43,771 nt of DNA, taken from NCBI GenBank assembly GCA_050230475.1, contig JBFLGF010000023.1, positions 62,001 to 105,771 of the forward strand. The letters are read 5' to 3'. The DNA is from Ancylonema sp. (taxonomy: Eukaryota). The first letter of the stretch is position 1. Every line of letters begins with the position of its first letter. Shown here piece after piece: positions 1 to 11,343 of the stretch. The notes under the pieces are model-generated. The model searched no databases. It was not told the origin of the DNA and saw only the letters and a program-made list of their open reading frames with translations. Made by a program: the position numbers and the translations under genes.

Positions 1-216
1 GTGATCACGGCTTTTTAGTGCTAGATTTAGCTAAAAGTAGGAGGGGGAAGGGGGGGGGGGGCGATTACAACAAACACAAACTGGTGGGCAAGGAGAGGGA
101 GGATTTTTTTAAAATATATATATTTCGATACCAGTAACTACGTGAAATGCAACTATCCATTGTTATACGACAGATAGATGGCATTTTTTCATTTTTTTGT
201 AGGGGGTTTGTTGTAC

Positions 217-1357
217 CACTAGGTAGAGGGCCCAAGCCCAATTGGAGATGGGGCTCAACACTTGGACGATAGCGGAGAGGTAGATGACGTCATGAAGGTA
301 GCTGAGGTGGCAAATCATAAAACCACACAATCACATCCTCCATCACTCACTCTTGAGGTTAATGGAAGGACATCTACTTCTGCCAAATGTTACAATTCGG
401 GAAAATGGGTGGCCAGGTTTTGCAGGACGAGGATCTGTCAGGGTTCAGGGTTCAGGAGCTCGGGCCAGCTCTGCGAATTTATGTGTTTGAAAAAAAAGTA
501 TATTTCAGGTGACACTTTTTTAATTGGTTTCCTGCCTGTGTCACAGCGCAGAAACAAAATATGAAAAAATGACCACCACTTGTAAAAGTCAAGTCAGAAT
601 GTTTACAAAACTCTCGTCCAGCTCTCAGACTTCAGAGGCAATACCATCTTTTTGCATGTAAATCATGGAAGATACATTATCTTCACACTGACCCCATTGA
701 GGTTATGCGGTTATCCACATAACCACACTACTGAATAGTAACCACACTTATGTGTTGTAGGAAAGGATTCTGACCCGTTCAATCCCCCCATGCTGAGGTC
801 ATACCCCCCGTCAATGAGGTCCCCGTTCTCATCATGTGCTGGGGTCGCCATTGATTTGATCTGATCGAAGCAGAGCTTGTAGGCGGCCGTAGTAAAGAAA
901 AGCGCCATCCACATTTGCCATTTGAATGACGAGTATTGAAGGCAGAGGCGCACGAGAAGGAAGTAGGCCTGGACAAAGGCGCAAATAGATATTGATCCTC
1001 AGATTCGCGAGCTGGTGAAGAAAATGAAAAATAGAAAGATACGATGCTGCGGGTTCATGCTGGTGATGAAATCTGGTACAATTGTATTTCATATATTTCT
1101 TGGATTTTTATTTGTTTTTAATTTTGTTTTGTTTTCACATGTTTGTTTGTTTGTTTTTGTTTTGTTTTTTTTTTTTTTTTTTTGGGTCATTTGCAGATGT
1201 GACTCACAACCTGAGGGTGTTACAGAAGTAGAGCTATGAAAGGAAGAGGTGGAATGGATCGAATGAATCTTACGTTACTTCCAAGTATCACACGCATGAG
1301 CATCTTCATGTGGCGTTCGTTCTCCTCCTTCCGCTTCTTCGCGCCCTGATTCGCCAT
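217..1357 (-). CDS. TMEM208: TMEM208/SND2 (DUF788) ER membrane protein, 3'-partial. Exons 1357-1274, 968-775, 301-217; last exon(s) lie left of the window
   Basis: Spliced translation MANQGAKKRKEENERHMKMLMRVILGSN|AYFLLVRLCLQYSSFKWQMWMALFFTTAAYKLCFDQIKSMATPAHDENGDLIDGGYDLSMGGLNG|YLHDVIYLSAIVQVLSPISNWAWALYLV. GT-AG junctions with consistent phases (0, 2, 0). Matches plant TMEM208 motifs (MANQGAKKRKEEN; GELLDGGFDM; YLHDVIY). Confidence 0.93.
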
Positions 1358-2459
1358 TTGCTGAGGTTTCGACAGAAAAAAAACACTCCCCTACTGACAA
1401 TAAATTTTAACTATGTTAAGGACCAGAATGGTTTATCATACACCTGATGCCTTATTTTCTGCAAATAATGAGCGCTGACAATCCTCAACTTGTCACATAG
1501 ACAAGGCAGCTGTACAAAGATCGAGTATTTTGTCAGCAGCGCGTACACAAATCCCACAAGCTACTTGTAATCAAGTCACGAAGGACAGCAGCTGGAGACG
1601 GACGACGCAGGTTGACGCTCCCGCACGCCCTCGGACAGAGCGCAAAAAACACCAGTCGGATGCAGGTCCACTGGAAGGCGAACGAAGGCGTTCTATCAAT
1701 CGTTATAAAGGAGTCCAAGAAAACATTACTTCTACAGTATCGGGGTGCAGTCAACCACACGCGTCGCGCTAAGTTAACGACACACGAGCAAACCTCCGTT
1801 ATAACGTTACTAGCAGGGCGAAGCCAGGCAAGATATGGAGTGGGAAGTCGAAAAAGGGGTGCGCAGGCACCTCAAGCTCAGCATACCAGCTGCTACTTGG
1901 AGTTGTGTTGTCTGTGTGCTCTTCAAATATAGATTGCAAGGGGAACCCAGCGTAACTTCACGACATAGATTGGTCTGCAAAGCAAACGGCACGGACTGAG
2001 AAATAGTTTATTTAGAGTATTGGTTTCTTTCCTGGTGCCAATTTGACACGGTGATCACCGTTGTGATGGCCGCCGTAGGGAAAGTCTGTGCTAATTGTCC
2101 ACTCGACACCTTTATCGTGAGTCTAGCGATAGCCCTTTCCCTTGTTCACCTACTAACATATTGTTTTGCTCCTACCAGTATGCAGCCCTCTCAGAATCTT
2201 GCCTTCACCGCATCCGAATATATTATGTTGATGATTTCCAGAAATCTTTCTGCTGGTACATCCCTTCTTTTTTCAAGTACTCTTCGACTGTTGCTCATAG
2301 GCGCCTCTGGAAAACATCATTTATGTGAAGTGTAGACACGCGTGACAGTTTACGATTCGTTCTGGAATACACGAATTCGGATATCTACATTGAACTGATA
2401 TTCGTAAGTAGACGTGAGGGTATTGCTGCGACGACGTGTTTAAAAGCTGTCATTGAGTC

Positions 2460-3513
2460 ATGTCAATAGAGCTTCTGAGTTGGCTGCACTGCAAGCCGCA
2501 CCTTCGCGGGAAGGTAGGTTGAAAAAGGAGTTGCAGGAATATGGACGATTCGCCTTTACTCCGTATTTGCCCCGAACCTCTAACTCGAAACAGGGGCTGA
2601 TATAATAGGGGGAGACATAGGATAATATATTATACTAGTAAAGATGGCACAGAACAGGAGGCTACACCGATCTGACACGCACAAATGTTCATGTCAGAAC
2701 AGGAGGCAGATATTGGTAACACGACCGGTGCTGCATCCCAAATTTTCAAGCTGTTCTTTCTTCTGGGGTGATTTTAGGCGGGTCAACACCCCCTGGCGTC
2801 TTCCAGCTGTCCAAGAACAGGTGGCAGTGTACCATTTGCTTTCAGAAGAATCTGCTCCTACCGGCAACGTGGCGGTCATGTGAGACAAGTGGCGGCTGGC
2901 AGGGCTTCATTGAATCCTTGAGATGACCCTATCTTGTCAAAAGCTCTGCAGGTAAAAGACGCCTCATGTTTATCCAGAAAGTAAACATATATGGCCAATA
3001 TCAGGAGATTGGCGACGTCCTTTCAAATTCTTTGTCATCTCGGATGCTTTCAAATTCTCTGTCATCTCGGATGCTTTCAGGGTATCTGCGATTGCATACG
3101 TGTTTGGTATTGCACAATCACGTACATCAAGGTGGAGTTTGTTTGTGTTTATTTAAAAAAATTGTACATTGAAAGTCATGACGCAGATATCTACCATTGG
3201 CACCATCGATTAAGGTGTGATCCCGATACTGAGGTTACAAGTTCAAGTAGAGGTTATAAAATGCCTTCATGTTTCATCTCCTTGAGAAACTAAGGAATTG
3301 CAACGACGTCAACACGGTCCTCAATCGTTTCTCTTGTGATTGCAGGAGCCAGTGGCCTTCTTTGGAGGCCTCTTTGCGGGCTTGCTGCAATTGGATCTTT
3401 CCGAGGATCCGTTGAGGGAGTGGGTGAGCAGAACCGCAGAAGCCGCAGGAGTGGACTTGGAAGAGAAAGTGGAGGAAGAGGAGGATGGTCCCGTTGATAT
3501 TACAATAGAGTAG
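2460..3513 (+). CDS. UPF0426-family plastid protein (At1g28150-like). Exons 2460-2513, 2778-2951, 3346-3513; in-frame TGA at 2919-2921 (possible pseudogene or null allele)
   Basis: Exon 3 reads EPVAFFGGLFAGLLQLDLSEDPLREWVSRTAEAAGVDLEEKVEEEEDGPVDITIE*, the UPF0426 signature. Exon 2 is transit-peptide-like and ends RASLNP*DDPILSKALQ. All junctions are phase-0 GT-AG. Exon 1 (MSIELLSWLHCKPHLRGK) is less certain. Confidence 0.82.
3020..3079. repeat. 27-bp tandem duplication in intron 2 of the UPF0426 gene
   Basis: ctttcaaattct(t/c)tgtcatctcggatg twice, followed by a partial third start. Confidence 0.9.
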
Positions 3514-5103
3514 ATCATCAATGACTAGAGATATAAGTTGTTAAGATTACGTGTTGAACGATTGTGTGTGTCACATGGCAAGATGACATGTGTGCAGCTC
3601 TTAGAGATTCGCAAGGATAACATTGGCATACAACCGTATCTTGATGGGTTTGTTCTCGTACGTGTTGTATTTGAAATGGGTACTTTAAGTCTGTCATATA
3701 GATGGTTGGAATTTGACAGGAGGACGCAGTGAATTTAAAGGTGGGTTTTTAGTGACATGGGTGACATACCACCAGTTGTGAGTCAACTAATGTGAGTTGT
3801 CGAGTTCAATATACTCTATTTTTTAAGGCCCTAAGGTCTGAGATTTTGCATGAGTTTTTGTATCGATGTGATCTGTGATCGGATTAGGACCCACAACCAC
3901 CAATTGTGACCGAAGCCCTAATTTGAATTCCATGAAACGTTGTGGTAAACCTTTGGTACAATGATCTCCAATGAGTTTGTCGTTACATCTTTATATCGAG
4001 GGTGGTAGTATACAATGTACAATGACCATGTCTATGAAATCTTGAATTAAGTGTTGTTATATTTATTTTTAAAAAAATGTTATATTATTATGTTGTTATA
4101 TTATTGTTATATTAAAAAAAGTGCTTACTCAAAAGTTTTGAAACAAGTGGAATGAATTACCTCGACTCTCATTGAATGCCAGTTATGTGCCATACAAGTG
4201 TCCAAGCATACCTACAAATAATAACTAGTACAACTTACTCAAACACATGTATGAGAAGCATTGGACATGCATTAAGAGATGTAGTACAAGGCAAAGTACC
4301 CATACCTAATAGTCATACCTAATAGTCAAGTTTATATGGAATCAATAATATATACCCTACAGTACCAATGCGAGGTCGTTGACTTTCAAATACAGACTTT
4401 GGTTCGAGGTCGGGTCCGCGGTACATTTTCCGGCCAGTTCGGGCTAGTGTGGTCAAAGATAATACAAATCTATGTGTGTTGTTCTATGTATGTTGTAAGT
4501 GTTCCATCATATGCGAGCATAACATTGATATACGGTGTGTGTACCGTATAACGATAGTTACTAGAAGTTGTATAAATATGATTGTCATTGTCTAGAGGTT
4601 CATTATACCGTAGTGGCATATAATGACCCGGGTTTAAAACATTACTTAATTTAACTTAAACCACCAATGGATCCATCCCGCGCACCCAAAAGAAAATTTC
4701 CCAAACTCATGAATTATGTCTATGATCTGGCGACCCACATTGTAGGAACATAGTTAGGCGCGGACAAGTAAAATCGTGCACATGTTCGGAGCACGTGCGC
4801 TCATTCCCAAGCACATGTGCGCGCCCAACTAGGAAAAAACACCTTAGATACTTACTTCTATGAGCGGCGGCTTTTGCCGTACCCGGAGTGGCCATACATA
4901 TTGACCCGGGTTTTTAGAAACGAGTTAATTTAGCTTAAAAAACCACCACTTGACCCAACCCGCGCACCCTAGAGAAAATTTCCCAAAATCCTGGAAAAAA
5001 AAAAGTTATATGGTGACCCATATTATAGAATGGACTATTTTTTTTGAAATTTGGATTATTTAATTTGACCACACCCACCCACCCACCCTTTAATAATTAT
5101 GTA

Positions 5104-6097
5104 CATAGCGGCACGGATACGTCAAAAAAGTCCGGATACGCCGTATCCGATACGTGATACGTATCGGATACGTGGATACGTCTGGTTGCCATAGCGTTTT
5201 AAAAAAAAAACCGAAAAAAAATAGACAAAAAATCCACATAAACCCCATTAAAAAAAACCACTCAAATTTGATATCCACGCATATATTCCACAGACACGAG
5301 ACTCACCGTCCGACAAATGGTAGACAACAACAAAAAGCATCTCTGTATTGTTTTCAATCACTGAATGAACATCAGAATGCACTGTCCTTGGTCAATATAT
5401 AGGAAGTGCGGCATGAATATCTCGGGGATCGTTCCACCGATAGGCGGTGCTGACCTCAACATGCGGTGCCGACCTGAACATGACAAAAGGAGGAACTCGC
5501 TGACTGCTGAAAGAGCCAATGACTTGGTGTATGTCTACACTAATAGGAAGTTGATAGAAAATTTTGGGAAAGCCGAGAAATTCACTGACTGGGTAGGGGG
5601 AGAAAGCGATGTGGAGTAGATGATGTGTATAAGTGAGTAGAAATTTGAGGGTGTGGTAGAAAATTTCTTTATAAATCGTCTGTTTAGGCGATGATCAGAA
5701 TTTGGAATGTACTCTCACAAATTTATAAGGAGAAAGTGTGATATATGTGCATATTTTTGTGTACTTGTCATGTTGATACGAAATGACAATGAAAACAAGT
5801 AATGGTTTTGAAGGTGCTTGAAAAGTGCAATTCAATAAGCGGAATCATGATATGAAAAATATGGACAAGAGTAATGAAACGCATGATGCGAAGGGGTTTT
5901 TTTTTTTTTTTTTTTTTTCCCAAATCGGATACGTCCGTACAGTAAACGGATACGTCCGTACATCCGTATGACGTATCGGATACGGCCGGATAAGGTACGG
6001 CACGTATCCGGTTTCTAGGGGATACATCAAATGGGGACGAATCCGACGTATCCCCGTATCCGTATCCGATACGTATCCCCGTATCCGTGCAGCTATG
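5104..6097 (+). mobile_element. Non-autonomous hAT element retaining a transposase C-terminal remnant
   Basis: TIRs CATAGCGGCACGGATACG / CGTATCCGTGCAGCTATG; 8-bp TSD attatgta / attatgtg; GGATAC/GTATCC subterminal repeats at both ends. Confidence 0.88.
5479..5619 (+). pseudogene. hAT transposase C-terminal dimerisation-domain remnant
   Basis: HDKRRNSLTAERANDLVYVYTNRKL matches the plant hAT dimerisation motif H.K.RNRL...R..DLVYV..N..L. It lies inside the TIR/TSD-bounded element. Confidence 0.8.
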
Positions 6098-6673
6098 ATT
6101 ATGTGTGGCCAGTACGGTGGTCAAAGTTTCAAATTTGGAATTGTCCGGGAGGTGCGCGATGATCACATGTTCGGATCATGTGCGCATCGCGCACATGTTC
6201 CGCTTCCTCGGCGTCTAACGGGTATATATATTTGAACCACGACAAATCAAAAAACCTGAACTCTCCCCCGCTATTTTTGTTTAATTCTAAATGTATTTTA
6301 CGTCCCCGAAATACGCAAAGTGATATTTGTAAATAATTCGCACCAATTCACAAAACTCCGTACCATTTCTGTACAAAACCCTAGAGAGATTCGTGCGCGC
6401 CCGTTTAAATCGGTGTGAGTAATAGCTGCACTTTGTGGCATCATTTCATTTTTCGGACCGTGGTGAGTCGGGTCTAAATTCGGGACCTAGTCAAACCGTG
6501 ATTCATGATAATTTTTATTTTGCCCGGTTTTTTTTGGGAGAAGTAGACGTATCGAGGTATTCTTCGGGTTTTTTCTTCAATACATTGGACGAAATGATTC
6601 GTGAAGTATTTGCTCCCTACATATTCTCACCAAAAAAAAAACACTTCAAAGCATAGTTGGGGTTTTCTGCATA

Positions 6674-7956
6674 CCCGTAGTGGCCATACATAATGACCCG
6701 GGTAAAAAAAACAGCAATCAATTTGTGTGGTGACCCACCAAACTGACCCGGGCAAATATATATTTATCATCCCGTGACCCAAAATTGTGACCCGGGTACA
6801 AAATATTTATTACAACGTGACCCGGCAAGCAAAACGATCCACCCCAAAACACCGTGTAATTTGGACCGCACCAGTTCCGTACTTATTATCGTACTATAAA
6901 CCTTGGGTGGGTAACTTTCAGCCGTCAGTTTTTTTTCTGAATTTTCCGGTTTTTTTCCACTACACCGTTCAGATTACACTCAAAACCCGCTAAGTTCCTT
7001 TATCTCAAATTTATTTGCCGTCCATCCGTTCACTTTACACTAAAAACGCCGTTCACTTTCTTTTATCTCATATTCATTCGCAGTTCATCCGCTCACTTTA
7101 CACTAAAAACGCCGTTCACTTTCCTTTATCTCAAATTCATTCGGAGTTCATCCGTTCACTTTACACTAAGAAGTCCGTTCAATTTCCTTTATCGAAAATG
7201 TATTCGTTGTTCATCCGTTCGATTCACACCAAAAATTCCGTTTACTTTCCTGTGTCTCAAAATTATTCACCGTTCATCCGTTCCCTTTTGTTCAAAATCA
7301 TTATCTCGGTGCGGTGCGTTGTCGGCCCTAGATTGCGGCCTTGCAAACTTCAGCACCTTGTGAGACGTGAACACATACCCACAACTCTACTCTCAGGCAA
7401 CAACTGTATTGTTAGACTTTGTTGCTAATAGTCATGAAAAGAGGTCCGTTACGTAAATATATTTTAAGAGATTCCAAAGAGGTAAAGAATACTTTCAAAG
7501 TAGTAAGTAAGTGAGTGTGTGTAGACATACGCATGTTTTCGGTTTTTCGATTTTCCCTCACTTTTCGGGGTTTTGAAAGGTGAATTGTGGTTTTAAAAAT
7601 ATGGAAACTTTGTGTTGATGATCATGTTGTGTTTTCCATGGTGCAAAAATATATGAAAAGTGTGCATGTTAATTATTCCCCGACATGTCCACCCCCCCCC
7701 CCTAAATTTGCGAAAAGGAAATCAATGACGACCGAATAGGCCGCTACCGGACCACAATTGAATCTTGGGCGACCGGGATTCAACCACATATGTATTTTGA
7801 GCAAAAAAAACCAATATAATCGATTTTATGATGTTGACCCACTACGCCGGATTTCGGAATTTATGTCGTGACCCAACCCCAAAAAATAAACAATTTAATC
7901 CGACCCGACCCGCCCTTACAAAAATCATTTGCGGGTATTATGTATGGCGAGTACGG
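6674..7956. mobile_element. Tc1/mariner-type non-autonomous element with TA TSD
   Basis: TA|cccgtagtggccatacataatgaccc ... gggtattatgtatggcgagtacgg|TA; GACCC(GGG) subterminal repeats. Confidence 0.8.
6964..7285. repeat. ~63-bp minisatellite, about 5 diverging copies, inside the mariner-type element
   Basis: Unit ~ccgttcactttacactaaaaacgccgttcactttcctttatctcaaattcattcgcagttcat. It produces the 21-aa periodicity in ORF 7015-7428. Confidence 0.9.
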
Positions 7957-8975
7957 TAGTTGCACGGACCGGCGGTCCGGGATTCCGAGGTTCCGGTTCT
8001 GGACCGGGGTCCGTCCTTTCAAGTCAAAATGATGGACTGGCGGTAGTAAGTTTTTTTCGGTTCTAATTTCGAAATTCTGAAAAGTATATCATGGAGAAAA
8101 AATAGAGACAGACCCCCGACATGACCAAGTCCTATCGGAAATTGCCGGGACAAATAAAACCCCTAAAATATCCCCGGTTAGATCCCGAATCCGGGCCCGG
8201 TCCGATCGCGGTCCGAAAGACCAATCTTGCTCGTCCTTGCAACTACGGTTTTTAGAATACGCGTGCCCCAGCGGGGCACCGTCTCATAATCACTTGCGGG
8301 CACTTTTTACGAAAATAACGAGAGAGCACGTTGGATTTCGGTTTTCTTCCATGAATGGCTTGGCAATATATTTTAATGACATTGTAAATGGATGCACATT
8401 TAAAAAAATATACACAAATGATATTTTTTTAAGGTTTTCTCATAAAGGGAAAAAGCAAAAACCTAACAAAATTGATTTTACGCGGGTCCAAGGTTTTGTG
8501 CCTCGAAGGACAGACCCCGGTCCCAGATGCGGACTTACAAACCCGGTTCCAAAAGTTCACGTTAGTGTGCACGTGTGACCTGACCATTCTCATTAGTATA
8601 GGTTTTAATGGTAGTCCTAATGAAGATCTTCCAATCCTACTTGCTAGAATAATAGTGTAATCTTTATTACATCAATGTTTTTATGCAAGCAATGACGGCG
8701 ATAAACATCATCGTTTTGTAAATATTGCTGCTACTTGTTAGACTCCTAGTTTGTTAAAGCAAGAACTTGCTACGAGGACAAGCTGTGGTAAATCAAAAAT
8801 GAGAAATAAACATAAAAGTCAACCTTTCTCTACCTTCACATCCTCCTCAAGGCCACAGCCTTGACCATAACGCTTCCTCTAATCCATCAATATGAGCCAC
8901 ACGCTTTTTCTAACAATTTGACAAAACTGGGGAAGATACAAATTTATGTACAAATAATTTGAACCGAATCTCGCT

Positions 8976-10789
8976 TCAGCTTGTCAGTAGAACTTTTATC
9001 CTCTGGAGTAGCTCGGCTTTAATATCATCCGGTACCATTGCTGTCCCAAAAATACAACGGGCTTGATGAGAATGAGTCATCCACTAGGAAACCAATACTC
9101 AACATTAACCTTCATGTCAACACATCAGTCTTATCAAAAGCTTTAAGACCGCACCCAAAGCTCCAATTTCATACAAAGAGGAGACAAACTTCTCACACTT
9201 CCTGATTTGCTCCGAACACCGATTCCCGAATCGTCCACATCTTTGCTCGATTGCGTCTGTCTTCTCGATTATGTATGACAAAGTTTTCTTCGGGAGACAG
9301 ATCTTTAGTTTGTTAGACTTGGCCCTCACCTCTTCCCCGAGGTGTGATGGTCTGCACCAACTCATCCACCGTCACATTCTCTGGACCAATGGATTGACAG
9401 TACACCCTGTACCAGCGAGCAAACAGGGAGAGTGAAGCATGCAGATTGGCTGTCAAGATGCGTATAGGCTGAGCACACAAGGACTGAGGAGGTGCGGACT
9501 GCCTGTCAAAGTAATCATTTCAGCATCCCAACCAGCCATTCTCATGGAAGCCCTTTGGGAATACTGCCCTGCCTGCTGCAGCAGCATTCATCATCTCCAT
9601 CTACATCACTCTCTCATTTTCTTATACAACTGGTTCATACCGAGCTTGGTTTCTCAGTTCATCACGCCACCCGGATTCCAGCAGCCGTTCTCGTAAAAGC
9701 TCCTTCAACCGCTCCTTCTCCCCACTCCGCAGCAGCTAAGGGAGCATATGGGAAGGGTGCAACTCAAGTTCAAGAGGCGTAGGACTGGTTCAGGTGTCCA
9801 ATGGTGAGAGAACCTCAGAAGGCTGATTTCAACTTTCTTTGAACTTGTTTGGCCGTTACAAACAAAATGTAACAGGAAGCAAACACTAATCTGAATGTAC
9901 ATCCTGAATGTGCCCAGCAGAGAAGAAACTCTTCCAGTGCCCAGATATCACCATCCTGTTCTTGCAACTCATCCGCGACAACATTTGACAAGTAAAGCAG
10001 CATTTGTGTTTACGATAACATCGAAGTACAGCACACAAAATAGAACTTTCATATACTCAGGAGTGCCACCCAGAAATCCAGAACAAATAATGACGGTAAG
10101 CACATCAATGCCTTAACATTTTCAGTCTTCTAGTCTTCCAGAACACGTAACCGCGAAGCCAAGCTACATAATATGACTTCGGTATCGAATCTTAGCTCTG
10201 ATCCACTTCCAGCACACTCGCAGCAGCACGCTCTACGTACAGCATCTTATGCAACACGGCAGGCAACAAATATATAGTTGGCTGATAGTACTTGTGTCAA
10301 GCCTCGACTATTGTCACAGTTCAAGTGTCGAATACAAAACAAGCCTTTCGAGAATTTGCATCCGACCAATGCACAATGCTTTAGAGATAGTGTTCTGTGC
10401 CTCGGTCACCAAATCTGAATAGCTGACGCGCCCTCACTCCCATTGATTCTTGGTTCGATTTGACCTCACCTTGGTATTTATTCCATCATGTAGCTCCGGC
10501 TCCTTCTCTCTCTCATCATCCGACGCTTCAGGTGTCGGTGGGCGATTGATGGAAGCGTGGCTGTGGTCACGTTTGAAACTAGCATTTTAGCTTACAAACA
10601 GGCAAAGCCTACTCATATCAGTTGAAGTCCTTCAAGACACATGTGTTTTGGAGTCAACCAAACCGATTTGCATGATATGAACTCCCTGTTACATTCCAAG
10701 CTGGCTACCAGAAGGGAAGCTGACATGAACAATGAGAAACGCTGCTCGAATCGAAAGAACCAAGTGGAAACCGACACTTACGTCGTCAT
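8976..10789 (-). CDS. ENY2: ENY2/SUS1 (SAGA DUB module / TREX-2 subunit), 111 aa. Exons 10789-10782, 10560-10470, 9735-9641, 9406-9330, 9040-8976
   Basis: MTTHASINRPPTPEASDDEREKEPELHDGINTK|LLRSGEKERLKELLRERLLESGWRDELRNQAR|VYCQSIGPENVTVDELVQTITPRGRA|MVPDDIKAELLQRIKVLLTS*. GT-AG junctions with matching phases. Matches plant ENY2 (NRPPTP, SGEKE.L...L.ERL.E.GW.DE, VTVDEL..ITP.GRA.VPD). Confidence 0.95.
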
Positions 10790-11343
10790 TGCATAACTAA
10801 CACCGAAGTTTATCAGGTAGAAGTGCGAGGTAATTCCAACTTCCCCAAGCTTGTACCAAACCCAGGGCAAAGTATAACGGCCCAGCTACCTTTAACCACT
10901 TTGCAAAATTTCCCCCGAAAGTGCCAATATACATACGCGTCCAGAAGCGCGCTAAATGACAGAAAGAAATCACGAAACAGAAACAGCGAATTGACGGAGA
11001 GAGCGAAAATGGATCTGAATGGAGGCTGGTCTTGTACCCCCCCGCGGGAACCCCCGACACCCCCCCGTCCCCCCGAGTTACTTCCGGCCCCCTACGAGGG
11101 GATCCCGAACCCCCCCGAGCAGGTCGGGAGTTAGCCCCGGTATGAGAAACTTCAACATGAGAAAACCCTAGGTAACATTAACTTTTTTTTAAATCTAAAT
11201 CTCCCCCGATATCAGCACAAGCAACTCCGAAATAATAAACCAAATAAATCGCGAGTTGCTTACACGGAGTAAAATTTATTTGAATTATGATTCCCTTCAA
11301 TAATAGTATTCATCAATTTCACCTTCATACGTTCTGTGTATAT

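Larger units (their letters stand above)
4882..6117. mobile_element. Tc1/mariner-type MITE (CCGTA.TGGCCATACATAAT termini) with a hAT element inserted in its right TIR; an orphan left TIR of the same family lies at ~4608
   Basis: Left end ta|cccggagtggccatacatattgacccggg; right end attatgt...gtggccagtacgg. A paralogous left end ta|ccgtagtggcatataatgacccggg is at 4606-4632. Confidence 0.6.
6670..8247. mobile_element. hAT-type MITE (CATAGTTGCACGGAC termini) whose left TIR is split by a mariner-type insertion
   Basis: CATA(6670-6673)...[insert]...TAGTTGCACGGAC (7957-) rejoins to CATAGTTGCACGGAC. Right end GTCCTTGCAACTACG (ends 8247). Flanks gttttctg / gtttttag match 6 of 8. GGACCG/CGGTCC subterminal repeats. 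Confidence 0.7.

Noticed and set aside
2919..2921. Selenocysteine codon
   Set aside because: Not a redox Cys position in the family as I recall it, and I identified no SECIS by eye; kept only as an unexplained stop.
6964..7285. CRISPR-like array
   Set aside because: Units are contiguous homologous repeats without unique spacers; eukaryotic context and no cas genes.
10797..11134. ORFs upstream of ENY2 as extra coding exons or a separate gene
   Set aside because: ENY2 homology is complete from ATG 10789, and there is no recognisable similarity or phase-compatible link; probably promoter or 5' UTR.
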